Source: an uncultured Actinomycetota bacterium | Lineage (GTDB): Bacteria; Actinomycetota; Actinomycetes; Actinomycetales; CAWJMD01 | DNA: 64,000 bases | NCBI GenBank assembly: GCA_963835085.1 | Contig: CAWIED010000001.1 | Coordinates: forward strand, 3,262,852-3,326,851 | Direction of reading: 5' to 3' | Shown: one piece after another, positions 45,049 through 55,107 of the stretch | How positions within the stretch are numbered: position 1 is the first letter of the stretch | How the letters are laid out: every line of letters starts with the position of its first letter | Position numbers and translations under genes: made by a program | Notes under the pieces: model-generated | The model's input: the letters and a program-made list of their open reading frames with translations, nothing else | Databases searched by the model: none | Told to the model about the DNA's origin: nothing

Positions 45049-45296
45049 GCCCGGCGCCCAAACACCTCTGCCGTGGGCATCGCGCGATACACGCCTGCAC
45101 GACCGCTCCGCAGCTGCGGCTCCCAGCACGAGACAGCGGCGGCATCCGCGGTACCCGCAGACCAAGCCGGCGTGACATCGACCGGCCCGGCTCCCTGCGC
45201 CCCTCCAGCCATCGCCGACCGCATCCGCAGCTCTGTTCATACCGCTCAAACCGGGCGGGCGCGTTGATCCGACCCGGGACGTGTCACCATGGACCC

Positions 45297-46871
45297 ATGG
45301 CACGCGGCGACGGTCGACTGTCCCACGACCTCCTTCCCGGCGAAAAGGGTCCACAAGACGCCTGCGGCGTCTTCGGAGTCTGGGCACCCGGTGAGGACGT
45401 TGCGAAACTCACCTACTACGGGCTCTACGCCCTGCAGCACCGCGGCCAAGAGTCTGCGGGCATCGCGGTATCGAACGGCAAGCACCTGCTTGTCTACAAG
45501 GAGATGGGCCTGGTGGCCCAAGTCTTCGATGAGCGCTCCCTGGCACCGCTCAAGGGTCATCTGGCCATCGGGCACACCCGCTACTCCACCACCGGGGGCA
45601 GCAGCTGGCAGAACGCCCAGCCCACCCTCGGCAACACCGCCACCGGCACAGTGGCTCTCGGCCACAACGGCAATCTCACCAATCCGCACCAGCTGCGCGA
45701 TCTGGCCGAACGGCTGCACGGCCCGGCCGTGCGTGGCGAGCTCGCCCGCGGCAACACCACCGACACCGCGCTCATCACGGCACTCCTCGCGGGCAGCCCC
45801 GATCGCACGCTCGAGGCGACCGCGGTCGAGATCCTCCCGCAGCTGCAGGGGGCGTACTGCCTCGTCTTCATGGACGAGCACACGCTCTACGCGGCTCGCG
45901 ACCCGCACGGCATCCGTCCGCTTGTGCTGGGCCGGCTCGACTCCGGCTGGGTGGTGGCGTCGGAGACGGCAGCCCTCGACATCGTGGGCGCCTCCCCGGT
46001 ACGCGAGATCGAGCCGGGCGAACTGATCGCCATCGACGCGGACGGTCTGCGCAGCACGCGGTTCGCGCCGGCCGAGCCGAAGGGGTGTGTATTCGAATAC
46101 GTCTACCTGGCGCGTCCCGACACGACCATCGCCGGCCGCGGCGTGCACGCCTCGCGCGTGGAGATGGGACGGATCCTCGCCCGCGAGCATCCGGTGGAGG
46201 CCGACCTCGTCATCCCCACACCTGAATCGGGCACCCCTGCGGCCATCGGCTACGCCGATGCCTCGGGCATTCCGTACGGGCAGGGCCTGGTGAAGAACGC
46301 CTATGTCGGACGCACCTTCATCCAGCCGTCGCAGACGATCCGCCAGTTGGGCATCCGGCTCAAGCTCAATCCACTGCGCGAGGTGATCGCCGGCAAACGG
46401 CTCGTGGTGGTCGACGACTCCATCGTGCGCGGCAACACCCAGCGCGCGCTGGTACGCATGCTGCGCGAGGCCGGTGCTCGCGAGGTGCACGTGCGGATCT
46501 CCTCGCCGCCCGTGCGCTGGCCCTGCTTCTATGGCATCGACTTCGCCACCCGAGCCGAACTGATCGCGGCGGGCCTCGACGCCTCGGAGGTCTGCGCCTC
46601 ACTGGGCGCCGACTCCCTGGGATATATCAGCGAAGCCGGCATGATCGAGGCGACGCGGCAACCCGTGCAGAACCTCTGCACTGCCTGTTTCACAGGCCAC
46701 TACCCCACGCCTGCACCCGAGGGCGGCGGCAAGCAGGCCCTTGAGCAGGCCTCGCTCTTCGACAGCCTCGTGAACGACTCCGGAGACGGCCCCCGTCCCG
46801 GCTTCGATCTCGACGGGGTGCCCGCCGGAGTGCGTGGTGGCGGCGCTGCCGACGCGGTGCTGCGCCCCTGA
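45297..46871 (+). CDS. purF: Amidophosphoribosyltransferase
   Basis: N-terminal nucleophile context ACGVFGVW. LQHRGQESAGIA. PRTase motif LVVVDDSIVRGNT. Start set at ATG 45297. Confidence 0.92.
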   Translation: MARGDGRLSHDLLPGEKGPQDACGVFGVWAPGEDVAKLTYYGLYALQHRGQESAGIAVSNGKHLLVYKEMGLVAQVFDERSLAPLKGHLAIGHTRYSTTGGSSWQNAQPTLGNTATGTVALGHNGNLTNPHQLRDLAERLHGPAVRGELARGNTTDTALITALLAGSPDRTLEATAVEILPQLQGAYCLVFMDEHTLYAARDPHGIRPLVLGRLDSGWVVASETAALDIVGASPVREIEPGELIAIDADGLRSTRFAPAEPKGCVFEYVYLARPDTTIAGRGVHASRVEMGRILAREHPVEADLVIPTPESGTPAAIGYADASGIPYGQGLVKNAYVGRTFIQPSQTIRQLGIRLKLNPLREVIAGKRLVVVDDSIVRGNTQRALVRMLREAGAREVHVRISSPPVRWPCFYGIDFATRAELIAAGLDASEVCASLGADSLGYISEAGMIEATRQPVQNLCTACFTGHYPTPAPEGGGKQALEQASLFDSLVNDSGDGPRPGFDLDGVPAGVRGGGAADAVLRP

Positions 46872-47178
46872 GCCGACCGTCCGATCGGCTCGACCACAGG
46901 ACTCGGACCTCCGCGATCTGCTATGACGGATTGCTCACACTGGTGCGGCAATCGAGCCACTTCTTCACGCGCGGGCACCCGAGCCGCACGCCCGTCTCCG
47001 CGGTCAATTTCCCACGGACGCAATGTCTACCGCCCAGATCTATCGATCCCCGGCGCCCCCGTGAAGAATTCTTGTCAGATTGTGATAAATCCTGCGGTCG
47101 ACATCCACCGCTTGCACTCGGACGATGAAGGCGAGAGGTTGATTTGATGACCGATCGGACGTAGTCGCCAACCAGTGC

Positions 47179-47208
47179 TTGACTTACTGCGCATCAGGCG
47201 CGTAGTAT
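47179..47208 (+). promoter_or_regulatory. Strong sigma-70 (HrdB)-type promoter: TTGACT-18 nt-TAGTAT
   Basis: -35 at 47179-47184 and -10 at 47203-47208, about 95 nt upstream of ATG 47302, which has an AAGGAG SD. Confidence 0.55.
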
Positions 47209-47301
47209 TTCAATCAACGGTTCGGAGCACCTCCCGAAGGGTCCCGGACAATCCCAGACCACCGTCCGCCGAAGAGGCGGACACATACAAGGAGCACAAC
47301 G

Positions 47302-47826
47302 ATGAGCACCCCGCAGGAGCAGTACCTGGACGCCATGAACGCTGCCGCTGACAGCTGGGCCAAGGCTGCGCAGCAGTTCTTCACCACCACCCCGCAGACC
47401 TCGTTCCCGGTGAGCTCGGTCGACCCCGCCGAGGTCATCGACCAGGTCTTCGACTTCGCCGAGCAGTTCCTCTCCGCTCAGCGCCAGTTCGCCAAGAGCC
47501 TCGCCTCCGCGAGCTCCACCGTGGCCGACACCATGCGCAACCAGGCCGAGACGATCCAGACCACGATCACCGACGCCGCCGAGCGCAACGTGGCCGCCAC
47601 CCAGAAGCTGGTCGACTCCAACACCGCCATCACCCAGGGTGCGGCCGAGGTCGTTCAGAGCCACGCTGAGAAGGTCGGCAACGACGTGAAGGCCGCCACC
47701 GAAGCGGCTGCCAAGTCGGCCACCCCCGCGGCTGCGGCCACCACCGCAGCCGACACCGAGGCCCCCACTCCGGCCCGCAAGACCACCCCGCGCAAGACCA
47801 CTACGCGCGCGGCCAAGAAGGCCTGA
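47302..47826 (+). CDS. Coiled-coil protein with a basic Lys/Thr/Ala-rich C-terminal tail (HbhA/phasin-like), function unknown
   Basis: 174 aa, helical Ala/Gln-rich body, tail PARKTTPRKTTTRAAKKA. Strongly G/C-ending codons and a good SD. Confidence 0.6.
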   Translation: MSTPQEQYLDAMNAAADSWAKAAQQFFTTTPQTSFPVSSVDPAEVIDQVFDFAEQFLSAQRQFAKSLASASSTVADTMRNQAETIQTTITDAAERNVAATQKLVDSNTAITQGAAEVVQSHAEKVGNDVKAATEAAAKSATPAAAATTAADTEAPTPARKTTPRKTTTRAAKKA

Positions 47827-47851
47827 ACCCTCTCCGGTTCTTCCCTGTGAC

Positions 47852-47898
47852 AACGCCGAATGGCGGGCACCCACCCCGGGTGCCCGCCATTCGGCGTT
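47852..47898. terminator. Bidirectional hairpin, 21-bp perfect stem
   Basis: AACGCCGAATGGCGGGCACCC-acccc-GGGTGCCCGCCATTCGGCGTT, between convergent genes ending at 47826 and 47940. Confidence 0.65.
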
Positions 47899-47939
47899 CG
47901 GGCCCGGCCCCACCGACCGGTCGACAGCCCGTCAACCGG

Positions 47940-48290
47940 TCAGCCCCAACCGAGTTCGTGTAGACGAGCCTCGTCGATGCCGAAGTAGTGCGCGATCTCA
48001 TGCACGATCGTGACGGCCACCTCACGCTTGACGTCGGCGTCGGTGGCGCACTGGGCCAGCGTCGGATTGCGGAAAACCGTGATCCGGTCGGGCAGCGCGC
48101 CCGCCGCCCACCACGAATCACGCTCGGTCAGCGGTGTTCCCTCGTAGAGGCCCAGCAGGTCGCTCTCGCCGGGAGGCGGGTCGTCCTCGACCACGAACAC
48201 CAGGTTCCGCACCTGCCGCATCAACTCGGGTGGAACCAGATCGAGCGCGTCGCCCACCGCTTCCTCGAAGGCTTCCCGGGTCATCTCCAC
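47940..48290 (-). CDS. Small zinc metallopeptidase family protein
   Basis: HEIAHYFG (HExxH) near the C-terminus. 116 aa. Confidence 0.8.
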   Translation of the reverse strand: MEMTREAFEEAVGDALDLVPPELMRQVRNLVFVVEDDPPPGESDLLGLYEGTPLTERDSWWAAGALPDRITVFRNPTLAQCATDADVKREVAVTIVHEIAHYFGIDEARLHELGWG

Positions 48291-48320
48291 CGACTCAACG
48301 CCACCCAGGTCACCACCGGC

Positions 48321-49355
48321 TCAACGCCGGGGTAGTCGGGCCAGGCTGGCGAGATCAGCGCTGGCGCGCCGGCCCACCGCGCGGCCGTCCCGGCGCAGCC
48401 ATTCCTGCGCGGCCTCGCGGCCCTTCAGCTTGAGCGACTCCAGGAACGGGCCATGGGCGATCATCCGCGTCTCAGCTGCCAGCTCGCCGAGTGCGGGGCC
48501 GGCGTCGAGCAGATGCCAGCGGATCCGGGCCAGACGACGATCGAGCGCCCCACGCAGCAGTTGGGGCGTGGCGAGCGCGCGCCGCGAGGCTGCCGCCAGC
48601 AACTCCGATTCACGGAGGAAGCTGGACGTGAACGCGAACTCCGCCTCTCGCGCCCTGATCGAATCGCTTGTCTTGGGAATGCCCTCGTGCCGCACCGGAC
48701 AGATCAGCACCATGAGCACGTCGCGGGCCGGGCCGTAGAGCAAGGGCCACAGGGGCGGATTGGCACTGTACCCGCCATCCCAGTACGGCTCATCGTCGAC
48801 GATCACCGCCTGGTGCATGGCGGGCAGACAGGCTGACGCCAACACGGCGTCAACACTGAGCACGGTGTTGTCGAAGATCCGGAGCCGGCCGGTGAGGGCA
48901 TTGGTGGCGGCGATTCCCACCCTGGGGGCCGACGGTGAGCGCAGCAGCTCGAAGTCGATCGAGCGCTCGAGGATGTCCTTCAACGGGTCCGTCCCGAGCG
49001 GATTGAGCTGATACGGCGACAGCGAGCGAGAAAGCCGAACCGCGGCCTTCGCGGGCGGAATGAGGCTCGGGTCTGTGTCGGTGCCCGCCACCAGCCACCG
49101 CGCGGGGCCGGCTTCCCCCACAGCCGACCAGACGTCGTGCAGGACCCGTCTCGCCGCGGCGGGGCCGCCCTCGGCCAGCCCGGCTGCCAGAGCCACCGAG
49201 TTGATGGCACCGGCGCTCGTGCCGGTAATGGCTGTGGCATCGAACCGACCGGATTCCAGCAGCCGATCGAGCACGCCCCACGTGAAGGCGCCGTGGGCAC
49301 CACCGCCCTGCAGGGCCAGGCTCAGAGGGCGCCGCCGCCCAGTCACACCGATCAC
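48321..49355 (-). CDS. Patatin-like phospholipase family protein
   Basis: Oxyanion GGGAHGAF, nucleophile elbow GTSAGA, and DGG in YWDGGYS. Confidence 0.85.
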   Translation of the reverse strand: MIGVTGRRRPLSLALQGGGAHGAFTWGVLDRLLESGRFDATAITGTSAGAINSVALAAGLAEGGPAAARRVLHDVWSAVGEAGPARWLVAGTDTDPSLIPPAKAAVRLSRSLSPYQLNPLGTDPLKDILERSIDFELLRSPSAPRVGIAATNALTGRLRIFDNTVLSVDAVLASACLPAMHQAVIVDDEPYWDGGYSANPPLWPLLYGPARDVLMVLICPVRHEGIPKTSDSIRAREAEFAFTSSFLRESELLAAASRRALATPQLLRGALDRRLARIRWHLLDAGPALGELAAETRMIAHGPFLESLKLKGREAAQEWLRRDGRAVGRRASADLASLARLPRR

Positions 49356-49475
49356 ACCTCATGCTCGCACCTCGGGCTGCCTGCGCACCGTCTCGCCCCG
49401 CCCACCGGAAGGAGAGTCACGACACGGTCGGCAACCACCCGGCCCCGGTCTCAACGGCGCCTGCGAGTAACCGCT

Positions 49476-49505
49476 TTGGAGAATGGCCCCGCGACCCCCT
49501 ATGAT
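49476..49505 (+). promoter_or_regulatory. Candidate promoter of the tRNA cluster: TTGGAG-18 nt-TATGAT
   Basis: Hexamers at 49476-49481 and 49500-49505, about 75 nt upstream of tRNA-Glu. Confidence 0.45.
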
Positions 49506-49580
49506 CTTCAAGTCCTCGACGGATCGCGCCTGACGGTCGTGGGCGGTGGTTGTCAGTCAAGGACAAGTCAGTCATGACGG

Positions 49581-49653
49581 GCCCCCATCGTCTAGCGGCC
49601 TAGGACACCGCCCTTTCAAGGCGGCAGCGCCGGTTCGAATCCGGTTGGGGGTA
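49581..49653 (+). tRNA. tRNA-Glu (anticodon UUC)
   Basis: Acceptor GCCCCCA/UGGGGGU, anticodon stem CCGCC/GGCGG with loop CUUUCAA, T-arm GGTTCGAATCC. Confidence 0.9.
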
Positions 49654-49693
49654 CGCACGACCCTTGTGTAGATGCAAGGCTGTGTACACGCAA

Positions 49694-49767
49694 GGCCCTG
49701 TAGCGCAGTTGGTTAGCGCGCCGCCCTGTCACGGCGGAGGTCGCGGGTTCGAGTCCCGTCAGGGTCG
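49694..49767 (+). tRNA. tRNA-Asp (anticodon GUC)
   Basis: Acceptor GGCCCUG/CAGGGUC, anticodon loop CUGUCAC, T-arm GGTTCGAGTCC. Confidence 0.9.
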
Positions 49768-49794
49768 CTCGTCGGACGGAGTCTCGTCCGGCTC

Positions 49795-49870
49795 GGCCAG
49801 ATAGCTCAGTTGGTAGAGCGTCCGACTGAAAATCGGAAGGTCAGCGGTTCGACCCCGCTTCTGGCCACCA
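49795..49870 (+). tRNA. tRNA-Phe (anticodon GAA), CCA encoded
   Basis: Acceptor GGCCAGA/UCUGGCC, D-arm AGCTCAGTTGGTAGAGC, anticodon loop CUGAAAA, T-arm GGTTCGACCCC, 3' ACCA. Confidence 0.9.
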
Positions 49871-49876
49871 CCCTCG

Positions 49877-49916
49877 AACCGCAGGTCACACCCGATGTGA
49901 CCTGCGGTTTCTTGTT
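49877..49916 (+). terminator. Intrinsic terminator after tRNA-Phe
   Basis: AACCGCAGGTCACA-cccga-TGTGACCTGCGGTT followed by TCTTGTT. Confidence 0.75.
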
Positions 49917-50101
49917 GGGCCGTCGGTCTCGGTGTGCCGGGAAACAGGGAGCGCTTCACTCCTCCTCCGGGCCATGCGGCTCGTACTGCAGGTACTTCAT
50001 CGTCCCTCCCCGCCTCACTGCCTCAGCCCGGGAGTCGGATACGACCCGGGCGCGGCCTCGCCAAGAAGAACCTGGGCGAAATGCGGCCGGTGGCGGCCGA
50101 G

Positions 50102-50199
50102 GTAGCGCAATCTCGACTACATCGAGAATGCGTCAGCGTCCGCGGTGAGCACGCCGAGGATGGGGTTCACCTTCTGGATGTGGTCGAGATTGCGCTACG
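50102..50199. repeat. ~97-bp element with 22-bp terminal inverted repeats (MITE-like), copy 2
   Basis: GTAGCGCAATCTCGACTACATC (50102-50123) against GATGTGGTCGAGATTGCGCTAC (50178-50199) gives 21/22 complementary. The interior matches copy 1 (21504-21600) on the opposite strand, at about 38/60 over the 60-nt segment running from inside one terminal repeat through the interior to the other (hand count). Confidence 0.7.
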
Positions 50200-50445
50200 T
50201 GTCGGCACCCACTACGCATGGCGATTCCTGCCTTCGGGATGAGGCGGCCGGCGAAAGCCCTTAACCGACCAGGCAGGGCGAGATCGCCTAGGCCTTGCCG
50301 GCTAGCGAGCAACTCCTCCCCGGCGCAGCCTGATGCGGGAATAAGGTGCTCTTCAGTGGGGCCTCCGCATCTCGGCTCGGGTTTCCAAGACGCCCGCTCG
50401 GGATCCCCACTGGTCTGCCTGACCCGTTTAGTTGAAGGTCTGGGG

Positions 50446-52215
50446 GTGGGGAGCCTGATCTACGTCCGCCGGAGCGCCGCCACCGGGGTCATCCGGGCCG
50501 GGCGGGATCTGTGGCTGGTCCTCGCGACGCTCACCCCCACCTTTGCCGTCTTGGCCGGAGTCGGGCTGCTGGCCCTGTTCCGCGACAGTCCCATCGTGGG
50601 TGCGGCCACAACCGCATTGGCCGTCAGCCTGTTCGCCATCGGCATCGTCCTCCTCGCCGAGCCCGGGCAGGCGCGCACTGGTGTCGCCATGATCTTCGCG
50701 GCCGTCCTCCTCGTGGCGAGCTGGGCGAACGAGTGGCAGGTGGGCCCGCTCCCGCTCTTGTCGCAGGTCGTCGGGCCGACCTGGTTTGTGGCCGCAGGGT
50801 GGGCTCTCTACCGATATCCGGACGAGGCCACGGCAAGGGGGGATCGATGGATCTTCGGCGTCATGCTGGCCTGGGTCGTGGTGACGCCGTGGCTGACGAC
50901 GGTTGTCTCCCTGCCCGAGTGGTACGGCTTCGCGCCCGGTGCGTGGTGGCCAACTCTGTGGCCCAATCTGCACGCCCTGATCCTCATCCAAGACGTCGCC
51001 AACGTGGGCAATGTGGTTTTGCTCGTGCTCTACGCCCTTGTCTGGGCGGGAAAGCTTGCTCGCAGCAAGCCCGGACTGCGCCGGCTGAAGGCACCCACGG
51101 GCGTGGCCGCCATCTTTGCAGGCGCTCTGGTCTCGCTGGTTCCCATCGGCTCTTTGCTGGGGTTTGGGGACCCAGAGATGAATGTCGTCTACGCCGTCTC
51201 AGCCCTGGGGACGCTGGCTGTGCCCACGGCCTTTCTCGTCTGCGTCCTGCGCCGGTTGCTGGCTCGCGCGGCGGTGGCCGAACTGGTCCTGCACCTGCAC
51301 GCGCGGCCAACGCCAGACGAGGTCGTCCACGTCCTGCGGCAGGCGTTGAAAGACCCGTCGGCGCAGATCGCCTACTGGTCTGCCGCCGATAGCGTCTACC
51401 TGCTGCCCACCTGGGAGCCGCTGGCGTCTACCCCGGATGCCCGCACCCTCGTGGTCGACGTCGCCGCATCCGACGGCAAGCCCTTGGCGCGGGTAAGGAC
51501 CGACCCGCTGATCGTCCGGGACGGCGAACTGGTGGCGGCTACGGTGGCCGCCTTCAGCCTGAGCCTGGAGAACGCCTTGTTGTTGGCCACCACCCAGGCC
51601 CAGCTCCGCGAGTTGCAGGCCGCGAGCGCCCGCACGGTCCAGGCGGCCGACGCCGAGCGTCGCCGGATCGAGCAGAACCTGCACGACGGGGCCCAGCAGA
51701 AGTTCCTGGCCCTCGGGCTGCAGATCGCCACAGCCGAGGCCACCATGACCGACCCGTCCGGCAGGCAGGCGCTCGGCGTGATGCGCAGTCAACTCCAGGA
51801 TGCTTTGGCCGACCTACGCGAGCTGGCGCAGGGGCTCAATCCCCCGGCGCTGCGCCTCGGGCTCGCCGCAGCCGTACACGACGCCACCAGGCATTATCCC
51901 TTCGACGTCGAACTGCAGCTCCCGGCCGAGAAGTTGCCCGAGACCACGTCCTTGACCGCCTATTACGCGATCTGCGAGGCGGTGGCCAACGCGGCCAAGC
52001 ACGCCTCGGCAACTCGCGTGAGCGTCTGCGGTTCAGTGGACGACGGGCACCTGAGCGTGCTCATCGTCGACGACGGTCGCGGCGGGGCACACGTCGGTAC
52101 CGGCCGGGGTCTGGACGGCATTGTCGCCCGCGTGACGGCCCTCGGCGGCATCAGCCATCTGCACAGCCCACCGGGAGTGGGGACGACACTAAGACTGAGG
52201 ATCCCATGCGTGTAG
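50446..52215 (+). CDS. Membrane sensor histidine kinase (HisKA_3 type)
   Basis: Multiple N-terminal TM segments. H-box ERRRIEQNLHDGAQQKFLAL. ATPase region NAAKHASA...DDGRGGA...GRGLDGI. Start uncertain (GTG 50446; the track ORF starts at 50218). Confidence 0.75.
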   Translation: MGSLIYVRRSAATGVIRAGRDLWLVLATLTPTFAVLAGVGLLALFRDSPIVGAATTALAVSLFAIGIVLLAEPGQARTGVAMIFAAVLLVASWANEWQVGPLPLLSQVVGPTWFVAAGWALYRYPDEATARGDRWIFGVMLAWVVVTPWLTTVVSLPEWYGFAPGAWWPTLWPNLHALILIQDVANVGNVVLLVLYALVWAGKLARSKPGLRRLKAPTGVAAIFAGALVSLVPIGSLLGFGDPEMNVVYAVSALGTLAVPTAFLVCVLRRLLARAAVAELVLHLHARPTPDEVVHVLRQALKDPSAQIAYWSAADSVYLLPTWEPLASTPDARTLVVDVAASDGKPLARVRTDPLIVRDGELVAATVAAFSLSLENALLLATTQAQLRELQAASARTVQAADAERRRIEQNLHDGAQQKFLALGLQIATAEATMTDPSGRQALGVMRSQLQDALADLRELAQGLNPPALRLGLAAAVHDATRHYPFDVELQLPAEKLPETTSLTAYYAICEAVANAAKHASATRVSVCGSVDDGHLSVLIVDDGRGGAHVGTGRGLDGIVARVTALGGISHLHSPPGVGTTLRLRIPCV

Positions 52216-52856
52216 CCATCGCCGAAGACAACATCTTCTACCGCACCGGGCTGGTGCAGCTGCTCGAGGTCGCGGACGCCACCGTCCTGCACGCTTGCGC
52301 GTCTGGCCAGGAGTTGCTCACTTACCTGGCGGAGGGAGATCTGCCCGACGTCGCCCTGCTCGACAACCGGATGGGCGGCCGCGAGGACGAGGGGCTGGAG
52401 ACGGCATTGGTGATCCGCCGGACGTATCCGGACGTCGGGGTCCTCCTCCTGTCCGCCTATCGCGAACCCAGCTACGCCGAACGCCTCTTCGCCGACGGCG
52501 CCGCAGGCAAGGGCTACCTGCTCAAAGACAACCTCAACAATGTGGCCGAACTGAAGGAGGCCCTCAATCGCGTGCACCGCGGCCAGACCTACAGCGACGC
52601 CACGATCGTCGACGACCTGATCGCCCGGCAACGCACCAGCCGGCTCCACGACAGGCTCACCGCACGAGAGGTGCAGATCCTCACGCACCTCGCCCGCGGG
52701 TTGTCCAACGGCGCCATCGCCACCGCCGCGCACACCACCACGGGGGCGATCGAGGCAGCCGTCTCCACGATCTACAGCAAGCTCGACATCTCTGACGCCC
52801 CCGACTACAACCGCCGCGTCCTGGCCGTCATCCGTTGGCTCGACAACACCGGCTGA
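52206..52856 (+). CDS. LuxR/NarL-family response regulator
   Basis: Receiver MRVAIAEDNIFYRTG...VALLDNRM. HTH LTAREVQILTHLARGLSNGAIA. Overlaps the kinase stop by 10 nt. Confidence 0.85.
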   Translation: MRVAIAEDNIFYRTGLVQLLEVADATVLHACASGQELLTYLAEGDLPDVALLDNRMGGREDEGLETALVIRRTYPDVGVLLLSAYREPSYAERLFADGAAGKGYLLKDNLNNVAELKEALNRVHRGQTYSDATIVDDLIARQRTSRLHDRLTAREVQILTHLARGLSNGAIATAAHTTTGAIEAAVSTIYSKLDISDAPDYNRRVLAVIRWLDNTG

Positions 52857-53218
52857 GTCCCCGCTGCCTCAGGACCCGCACTCGCCGCGAACTCGGAAAC
52901 CTGAGGTTCTGGCCTAAGAACACTCGCTAAGCCGGCCCAGAGATCAGGGTCGTCCGGTCGACGTAGAAAACCGATACTTGGGCTCGTCGTCGGCACCCGC
53001 CTGGGCTCGAACCCATCGGTGCGTCGAGCCGATCACCTGCCGAGCCCACACGGCTTCGCCAGTACACCGCCGGGACCGTGGAGGGGACGCGTCCGGGCTG
53101 GGTGCTGTCGATGGTTGTGGGCGCCGGATTGTGGGCAGAGTTCCCCTGACAAACGTCACCCCGCAGAAATGACGCAACACCGCGGTGCCGGGGGGCGCCG
53201 GCAGACAGACTCCTTGTC

Positions 53219-54145
<927 letters not shown>

Positions 54146-54177
54146 TCTTTCGGCCAACGTTCACCCCTCAAACTTTC

Positions 54178-54996
54178 TTGGAGTCAACCGTGAGCACCAT
54201 CAGCCTGGCCGACCGACCGGCCCCAGCCCTCGGCGGCCTCAACGCCACCGTCCTGAAGATCGAGTTGCGCAGACTACTGCGCAACCGCCGGACCCTGATC
54301 TTCACGATGATCTTTCCGGTGGTCATGTTCCTGCTCGTCAACAGCAGCGTGCCCGATCAGCCGTTGTTCCGCGGCGCCGTGGCGAACGTCGCCGCCTACG
54401 TCATGGTCAGCATGGCCCTCTACGGAGCGGCGATGGCCTCCACCTCGGGCGGGGCGTCGGTCTCCATCGAACGCGCCAGCGGCTGGAGCCGGCAACTGCG
54501 ACTGACCCCGCTGAACCCGCTCGCCTACATCATGCTCAAGGTGCTGGTGTCGGTGATTCTGGGCGGCCTGTCCTTGGGCGCCACGTTCCTCGTGGGCAAC
54601 TTCGTCGGTCACGCCCACATGAGCACCACAGCCTGGGTGCAGGCGGGAGCCATCATCCTCGTCGGATCGCTCGTCTTCGCCGCCTTCGGGCTCTTTATGG
54701 GGTATCTCATTCCGAGCGCCAACGTGATGCAGATCCTTGGCCCGATGATGGCTGTGCTCGGCTTCCTCGGCGGGCTCTTCCAGGGTCCGGTGGACACCGG
54801 CACCGTGATCGGCAAGATCCAGTCGTTCACCCCGATCTACGGCCTCGCTCAGATCGCCCACTGGCCGCTGACCCGCACCTCCACCGGCGACCTCGCGGCC
54901 TTCGACTGGTGGTGGGTCGTGAACCTCGCCGTCTGGGGAACGATCTTCGTGGCCGGCGCCGTGTGGCGGTTCCGCAAGGACACCGCACGGGTCTGA
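54178..54996 (+). CDS. ABC-2 type transporter permease
   Basis: Six predicted TM segments immediately after the ATPase gene. TTG 54178 or GTG 54190 start. Confidence 0.8.
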   Translation: MESTVSTISLADRPAPALGGLNATVLKIELRRLLRNRRTLIFTMIFPVVMFLLVNSSVPDQPLFRGAVANVAAYVMVSMALYGAAMASTSGGASVSIERASGWSRQLRLTPLNPLAYIMLKVLVSVILGGLSLGATFLVGNFVGHAHMSTTAWVQAGAIILVGSLVFAAFGLFMGYLIPSANVMQILGPMMAVLGFLGGLFQGPVDTGTVIGKIQSFTPIYGLAQIAHWPLTRTSTGDLAAFDWWWVVNLAVWGTIFVAGAVWRFRKDTARV

Positions 54997-55041
54997 CCTG
55001 GGACACGGACCTGCGCGGGGCACAGTCTGGACACGACGAAA

Positions 55042-55068
55042 GCGGGAGGCCGATACCTGGCCTCCCGC
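55042..55068. terminator. Hairpin between convergent genes (10-bp stem)
   Basis: GCGGGAGGCC-gatacct-GGCCTCCCGC, between the permease stop (54996) and the dctA stop (55108). Confidence 0.5.
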
Positions 55069-55107
55069 CTCGTCGAAGCCGCGCGAACGGGTCCTAGCCC
55101 GCCGGGT

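Noticed and set aside
45049-45296. A ZTP (pfl) or purine riboswitch upstream of purF, and likewise in the purC upstream region.
   Set aside because: The conserved ZTP elements (GACUGGCG... and CCGCCUGGGC) and the purine-riboswitch loop motifs are absent by eye. purC starts only 12 nt after bldC.
49581-50445. A genomic island or prophage integrated at the tRNA cluster.
   Set aside because: No integrase, excisionase or phage gene follows the tRNAs, and no repeat of a tRNA 3' end is seen in the window. The downstream genes are ordinary two-component and transporter genes.
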